A DNA stretch of 64,000 nt, from positions 1 to 64,000 of IMG/VR virus record IMGVR_UViG_3300034685_000168. One strand, written 5' to 3'. The translations under genes and the position numbers were made by a program. Position 1 is the stretch's first letter, and every line of letters begins with the position of its first letter. Positions 58,385 to 64,000 of this stretch are shown here, piece by piece. The notes below the pieces were generated by a model, which worked only from the letters and a program-made list of their open reading frames with translations, was not told the DNA's origin and made no database searches. This stretch comes from a virus.

Positions 58385-59095
58385 ATGACTGTTAAAATAA
58401 ATAACGCATATGAAGATGAGTCTGTTGCAATATCTCTAGCTGCTTATGGCAGACTCATTCCTGAATCAGTAGAAAAAGGAACTGAATCTTGTAGATTTAG
58501 TATTTTTGTTCAATGTGGAAAAACCCATGATAATATTATGATGCCAGCTGGACTTCGGATAGCACAAATGCGTGCAGAAAAGATGGGAACCCAATCTCTT
58601 AGAGGAGATTTTGGTGGAAGACCTGATAGTGAATGTCATCTGTTTAAAGAACTTAGTTATATTCCAGCAGGTGATGAAAGCAAAGCAAGATTGTGGGCCG
58701 CAGGTGCTAATTATCTTAGTTCTTGTAATGAAAAAGATGTTTATTATGAAGGACTTAAATCAGGGTATGCACACCAAAGTTCTGCATTAAGTGATTTATA
58801 TTTTTGTGATACATTATGTTATGTTAAACAAGCGGTTGGAGTATCATACTCTATGTTTGCTGGTGTTAGATGGCCTTTTAATATACTTAAAGATAAAATA
58901 ACTAAAGACCTTACTACTAGATTAAATACTCTATTCAATGGTAAATATGTATTTTCTGTTGATGTTTATCAGACTGTAGAAGAACAGAAAAAAGGTTATG
59001 AAACACACGTAGCTATTAATATAGAATCTCCTAATCAAAATCTTAGGTGGAATGTTGATATAAACTGCTCAAGAGAAGGTTATGTTGCAGAATAA
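58385..59095 (+). CDS. Contractile tail sheath, C-terminal part
   Basis: EDES.A..L....RLIPES..KGT.SCR..I..QCG continues the sheath sequence where the upstream gene departs; own AAGGAG RBS. Confidence 0.85.
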   Translation: MTVKINNAYEDESVAISLAAYGRLIPESVEKGTESCRFSIFVQCGKTHDNIMMPAGLRIAQMRAEKMGTQSLRGDFGGRPDSECHLFKELSYIPAGDESKARLWAAGANYLSSCNEKDVYYEGLKSGYAHQSSALSDLYFCDTLCYVKQAVGVSYSMFAGVRWPFNILKDKITKDLTTRLNTLFNGKYVFSVDVYQTVEEQKKGYETHVAINIESPNQNLRWNVDINCSREGYVAE

Positions 59096-59123
59096 TCTTT
59101 AACAATAAAAGGATAAAATAATT

Positions 59124-59951
59124 ATGAGTGATGCTATTTTAAACGAAGTAGAAAGTATCTACTACGGACGAAATAAAAAAATATCCAATATAAACAATGG
59201 TGGTTTGGCTGGTATTGCAGCCCAAGTTAAAAATCTAGATGCAGCAGCTTCTTTGATTTTACCCCCAGCGGTACCAATTGTTATACATGTACCAACTATG
59301 TATGATCCTTGGCCAGACCTTCAACAATTCATTACAGATCTTGTAGAAACTCATGCGACTTCTATTACTGGAGTTGATGTTGGATATACAACAGAAACTG
59401 ATGATAGACCTGGTGGAGCAGATGGACAAACTATAGCCACACCAACACAGACCAAACGAAAAGCTGTTAGTCCGAGTATGACATTTCCTGAACTTAATGG
59501 GTCACCTATTTGGACAATATTAACTCAATGGCAACATGATATACAACACCCTGATACTAATATCTTCTGTGCTAGAATGACTAATCCCCCACCATTTATT
59601 CCATCGAGTTATTCTATGTCATTATTAATGATACAATTTGGTGTATCTCACAGACCAGATGATATTCTTATAGCTAATTATATCACTAATATATTTCCAA
59701 CTGATGTTGGAGATTATGGTTTAGAGATGAATATTGGTGCAAGTAAAAGAATGGAAAGAACTGTTCAATTTACTGGTTATGGTATACAAAATAATATGGT
59801 TACAGAATTGGCTTATGAAATAGCTTCTAAACTACAAATCCATAAAGGAGATTTTAACAGATTATCTCCTGAATATAATAAAGTTATGGATTCTATATCT
59901 AAATCAGGTATAGTCAGACAGTTAGATAGTATTCCTAAAATACAAGAGTAA
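59124..59951 (+). CDS. Tail tube protein (phiKZ gp30-like)
   Basis: LVETHA..ITG, R..VSP..TFPE..G, YSMS.L.IQ, TNIFP, FTG motifs; follows the sheath. Confidence 0.85.
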   Translation: MSDAILNEVESIYYGRNKKISNINNGGLAGIAAQVKNLDAAASLILPPAVPIVIHVPTMYDPWPDLQQFITDLVETHATSITGVDVGYTTETDDRPGGADGQTIATPTQTKRKAVSPSMTFPELNGSPIWTILTQWQHDIQHPDTNIFCARMTNPPPFIPSSYSMSLLMIQFGVSHRPDDILIANYITNIFPTDVGDYGLEMNIGASKRMERTVQFTGYGIQNNMVTELAYEIASKLQIHKGDFNRLSPEYNKVMDSISKSGIVRQLDSIPKIQE

Positions 59952-59968
59952 TATAAGTTAAATGTTAT

Positions 59969-60000
59969 TATCTATGGTCCTGTAAAAAGGACCATAGATA
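59969..60000. terminator. Bidirectional terminator (GTAAAA loop)
   Basis: TATCTATGGTCCT-GTAAAA-AGGACCATAGATA. Confidence 0.85.
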
Positions 60001-60014
60001 AAACACTTTTTATA

Positions 60015-62681
60015 TTACCATCTACTTCCACCAGAATCACTAGATGTATCAGCTGTTGCATCATCTAGTTTCTTTTTCCAATCACTTATACCTTGAGTTA
60101 TATTACGTAACCGTTTATATAGATCTATAGACTCATCTTGATCAAATGCATCTATATCAGATTCCATAATATTAGCCATTCCATTAGTAGCTACAAAATT
60201 CTTAATTAATCGTCGTATAGCAGTTGCTTTCATAGCAGGTAAACTATTACGTAATTTATCATCTTCTATCGGTAATAGTTCTTGACTAATAACTTTATCC
60301 ATATATTTTTCACATAGATCAATAAATGAATCTAATTCATCTATTCTATTTTTATCTATTACTAAATTGGGTTTAGGTAAAAATGCAGTTACATTTTCAA
60401 TAATTTCATAAAGAATATCAACAAGTTCTTTTTTCTCACCTGTTATTATTCCATCTTCTATATTAATAACTCCACCAACAAATAAATTATTAGATTTTTT
60501 ATCATCAGGTTCTTCAGTTTTATACTTATCTTTTACACTATCTGGATCATCCTTTTTTTTACTAAAAAACTGCTTAGTGATGTATGCATCACCCTTTAAG
60601 ATTTCGAGGATTCTACGCTGAATTACTTCCGAGTATATAAGCTCATTTTGAGCTAATTTAGAACATAACGAAATTATCTTATTTTGTATTATTTTTACAA
60701 TATTAGCTAAAAAGAGATTATTAGACAATATAGATGTTGCTAGTTCATTTTCTCCAACAGCATTCAATGAACTATAAGGGACATTTAAATAAGCCAATAC
60801 TTGTTTATCTAATTCTTCTATTAAATTATCTACATCCCCTCTACTTCTTGTAGAACTTGATTCCATTCTAGTTTCAGATAAACCTTCTAATCCTTGAATA
60901 TTTTTAGGTATTATTTTAATGTGTCTATCTATTATATCTTTACCTATATCAGAATAATGAATATTAGGTTTAAAATTACGTTTATCATTAACAACTCTTC
61001 TAATATCTTCCATTATTTCTTCTATATTAGTTGTTCCTTCAGGAATATCAACTTCTATAGTTCTACTATCCATAGCATTTTCCATAGTCTCTAATACTTT
61101 AGAAACTAATAATGTATTTTTCATTGCTATTAAAAGTTTAGCACCATCTTCTAACTTAGATTTACCAGTACCATCTTCTCTATAATCAAAAGCAAAATAA
61201 GTTATTAAATTTTCAGGAACAAATATTAATCTAACTTTTCTTTCGTGTAAAAAATTTTGAAATATAGTAGAAGCTATATTATTATAAATATTGATATTAA
61301 TATTGTTTAAGCCCATATCAGATAGTTTAGTTTCTATCATATATTTCAATGCGATATTAAATATAGTAGAAGCATATTTTTGTTTTTGTTTATTATTTAA
61401 TTTATTTAACTCTGTCATATTAGGAGAAAATACTTCTTTTAAAATATGGGTTGTATTACTAAAATCTGAAGTATTATTTGCACCATTTGTAATATCATTA
61501 AATAGTGGATTTATATTTTCATCTGTTACAACAAAATACCCTGCTTTTTCATTAGAACCAGGGATAGTTATAGGAATAACATTTTTAGATTTCAATATAA
61601 TAAGAAATGGATGATCTCCTTTAACAAGATTTGTATTGTTATCAACTTTATAAATAGAATTATCTACTCCTATAAATTGATCATTAAATGTTTTATTAAT
61701 TCTATCCATTGCTTTCTTGACATTTTTCTTAGACTTTTCTAATACTCTAAAATTATCTGATATAATTACATTGTTATCTTCACTCATTTTGTTCAATATA
61801 GGTTTTGCTATTTTTTTTATATTTTCTATATTAAACATTTTTTTATTTTCTTTTAATTCTTTATTCGTAAATTCATTAGTAAATTCATTAGTAATTGATT
61901 GATTTAAAACTTTTAAAAACTTAGAATCGTTTTTATCTTCTTGTATTATATTTTTAAAATTATTTAATATCAAACTATTAGAATTATTATTAACTGAAAA
62001 TATATTTTTTTTAAGTAGAGAATCTATATCTTCATTATCTAAATTACTATTATATATATCGTCTCTAATAAATACTTCTTTATTATTTTGATTCTTAACC
62101 ACTAATTTAATATCTTCAGTTAATTGATACAATATTCTATTATTAGAATTCGGTATTGTTAATATAGGTACTGCACCAGAACTCATAATTGCTTCATAAA
62201 TCCAATCTGGAAGTAATGTATTTAGTTTTCTATATTTACACATATGTTCTGTTAATAAATCAGATAATGCTTTATTAGTATCATCTGTTATATTGGGATG
62301 ATTGATTATAAATCGTAACGAATCAGTTTGTAAATCATCTGGTGATAATATAGTAGAAACTAATAATTTACCAGCTTGTTGTAAATTAGGTGATAATTCT
62401 AATAAAGATTTAGTATCTTCTATTTTATCAGAATTATCTTTTGTTAATGTTTCTAAATAAGATTTAATATCATTTAAACGAACATCTTGTTTAATATCTT
62501 TATCAGGAGATAACATATATCTAACATGTTCTTTTTTATACATATCAGAAAAATAATTATCTTTTTTAAATTTATTTTTCTTATCTTGTTCATGATATGG
62601 TGCTTCTGCTTGAGAAAATAAAGAAGTAAATGCTCGTTTTATTTCTATTAAAATCTTATTTTTATTTTTTTCTTCTTCCAT
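60015..62681 (-). CDS. Portal protein (phiKZ gp129-like)
   Basis: LVSTILSPDD, VIPI.IPG, FVPENLITYFAFDYREDGTGKS, ELATSILSNNL motifs; 888 aa. Confidence 0.8.
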   Translation of the reverse strand: MEEEKNKNKILIEIKRAFTSLFSQAEAPYHEQDKKNKFKKDNYFSDMYKKEHVRYMLSPDKDIKQDVRLNDIKSYLETLTKDNSDKIEDTKSLLELSPNLQQAGKLLVSTILSPDDLQTDSLRFIINHPNITDDTNKALSDLLTEHMCKYRKLNTLLPDWIYEAIMSSGAVPILTIPNSNNRILYQLTEDIKLVVKNQNNKEVFIRDDIYNSNLDNEDIDSLLKKNIFSVNNNSNSLILNNFKNIIQEDKNDSKFLKVLNQSITNEFTNEFTNKELKENKKMFNIENIKKIAKPILNKMSEDNNVIISDNFRVLEKSKKNVKKAMDRINKTFNDQFIGVDNSIYKVDNNTNLVKGDHPFLIILKSKNVIPITIPGSNEKAGYFVVTDENINPLFNDITNGANNTSDFSNTTHILKEVFSPNMTELNKLNNKQKQKYASTIFNIALKYMIETKLSDMGLNNININIYNNIASTIFQNFLHERKVRLIFVPENLITYFAFDYREDGTGKSKLEDGAKLLIAMKNTLLVSKVLETMENAMDSRTIEVDIPEGTTNIEEIMEDIRRVVNDKRNFKPNIHYSDIGKDIIDRHIKIIPKNIQGLEGLSETRMESSSTRSRGDVDNLIEELDKQVLAYLNVPYSSLNAVGENELATSILSNNLFLANIVKIIQNKIISLCSKLAQNELIYSEVIQRRILEILKGDAYITKQFFSKKKDDPDSVKDKYKTEEPDDKKSNNLFVGGVINIEDGIITGEKKELVDILYEIIENVTAFLPKPNLVIDKNRIDELDSFIDLCEKYMDKVISQELLPIEDDKLRNSLPAMKATAIRRLIKNFVATNGMANIMESDIDAFDQDESIDLYKRLRNITQGISDWKKKLDDATADTSSDSGGSRW

Positions 62682-62715
62682 ATTTAAAACTCCTTAAAGT
62701 AAGGTAAAAATAATT

Positions 62716-64000
62716 ATGTTACAAAATAATATTTATAAATTAGAAATATTGAATTTTTTAAAATCTATTACTATAAAAAATTCAGCTAAAGCTAATTTGA
62801 TTAAAGAACAAACTATAATAGATTATGGATTAGATGAATTATCAGAATATGATAATCCTTATTACAAAAATCTATTCGGTGAATATAGTATTTATGATGA
62901 AATGATGTATATAAAATCTTTAGATACATATGAAATAATTGAATATACAAAAGAAAATTTAAATAACCACCCCAAAACTAAAATGAGTTATGTTATAGGT
63001 AGTGATTTCTATAAAAAATTATGTGATAAATATCCTTTACAAAAAGATCTTATTAAAAATATTAGATATCCTGTTAATTCTAAAAAAGAAGCAATAGAAT
63101 CAAGTAATTTTTCATTACTTGTTTATGATGGGTCTTTATTACAAGAAAATGAAAAAGATTATATTATTATTAATATAAAAAAATATCTACAATATCTTAA
63201 AGAAAGATGGTACGTAAAAGAATTTGAATATGATAAATACTATATTGTAGTATTTGAATATTTAATTTATGGTATATTATTTAATTATATTGAATCATTG
63301 AGATTAGATAATTTACAAACTCCTTATGTTCATATTTTTCATGTAAAAGAATATTTGAAAAGTAAAGGATTAGGTGAATATCTTCCTTATTTAAATTATA
63401 ATCAGTTAATGTTTTTATATAAAAATATAGATTATATTTATAACAATGAAGGAAAAAAAGAAATATTAGAACTAATAACAGATCAGTTATTATCACAAGT
63501 TGGAGCTGGTATTACTTATAAAGAAATTTATTTAAATACTAAAAATAGTGAAAATACTTTAACATTAATACCCGAAGTAATTACTAAAAAATTAAATGAT
63601 AAGTCTGACTCTATTAATATAAATAATATAGAGTCTTTAGAAAATTTTATTTATCTTTTAAATGAAAATGAAAATGTAGAACCAGATATTTCTACTAATA
63701 ATATTAATAATTTATCTAAACAATTACAATTACAAAAATATACCAAAATACCAACGAAGTATTTACAACTTAATAATAATTTTAAAATAAGAAATTTCGA
63801 TGAATTTGTATTGAACCATATAAATAGTATGTTTGTTTATGGTTTAGTAGAAAAAAATTTAAATTATAATTTATCACTTTCTACTTCATATACAGATATT
63901 TTAATATTAGATACGATTGATGCATATCTGTTATATAATTATTGTTACTTAAAAAGTAATAATATAGAACCTACTATGATACCAACAACATTCAGTATGT
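62716..64000 (+). CDS. Virion/baseplate protein (phiKZ gp128-like), truncated by window end
   Basis: Open frame MLQNNIYK...PYYKNLFGEY..YDEMMYIKSLDTYEIIEYTKENL..HPKT; divergent from portal; missing from the track, apparently because no stop is reached. Confidence 0.75.
   Translation, partial: MLQNNIYKLEILNFLKSITIKNSAKANLIKEQTIIDYGLDELSEYDNPYYKNLFGEYSIYDEMMYIKSLDTYEIIEYTKENLNNHPKTKMSYVIGSDFYKKLCDKYPLQKDLIKNIRYPVNSKKEAIESSNFSLLVYDGSLLQENEKDYIIINIKKYLQYLKERWYVKEFEYDKYYIVVFEYLIYGILFNYIESLRLDNLQTPYVHIFHVKEYLKSKGLGEYLPYLNYNQLMFLYKNIDYIYNNEGKKEILELITDQLLSQVGAGITYKEIYLNTKNSENTLTLIPEVITKKLNDKSDSININNIESLENFIYLLNENENVEPDISTNNINNLSKQLQLQKYTKIPTKYLQLNNNFKIRNFDEFVLNHINSMFVYGLVEKNLNYNLSLSTSYTDILILDTIDAYLLYNYCYLKSNNIEPTMIPTTFSM

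Noticed and set aside
58352-58387. Stop-codon readthrough or genetic code reassignment joining the sheath halves
   Set aside because: Four in-frame stops (TAG, TAA, TAA, TAG) and a strong RBS; other core genes are intact in the standard code and no suppressor tRNA is present.
63281-63496. 71-aa minus-strand ORF
   Set aside because: Antisense to the long plus-strand virion gene starting at 62716.

Overview
A very AT-rich 64-kb segment of a phiKZ-related jumbo myovirus genome. All family assignments come from motif recognition and gene order, not database searches; phiKZ gp numbers are from recall. Recognisable core genes: split multisubunit RNA polymerase beta' fragments, split family B DNA polymerase, DnaB-like helicase, UvsX/RecA, RuvC, SbcC/Rad50, terminase large subunit, prohead protease, major capsid protein, portal, tail sheath and tube, and baseplate/neck proteins. 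There are also three tRNAs (Asn, Gln, Leu) and minus-strand accessory early genes (macrodomain, DUF488-like, DEDDh nuclease, kinase-Nudix fusion, AbrB-like, PcfJ-like). Highlights: (1) a divergent chimallin (nuclear shell)-like gene just upstream of the non-virion RNAP beta' gene, suggesting a nucleus-forming phage of an unusual low-GC lineage; (2) a coupled prohead protease - active ClpP - catalytically dead ClpP paralog cluster; (3) a tail sheath split into two genes with an extra Ig/FN3-like domain at the break; (4) unrelated small early genes in promoter-leader-ORF-terminator cassettes that share near-identical flanks, including a ~164-bp direct repeat; (5) an 11-copy, one-strand early promoter motif; (6) a possible shift of head-protein maturation sites from Glu to Asn/Gln.
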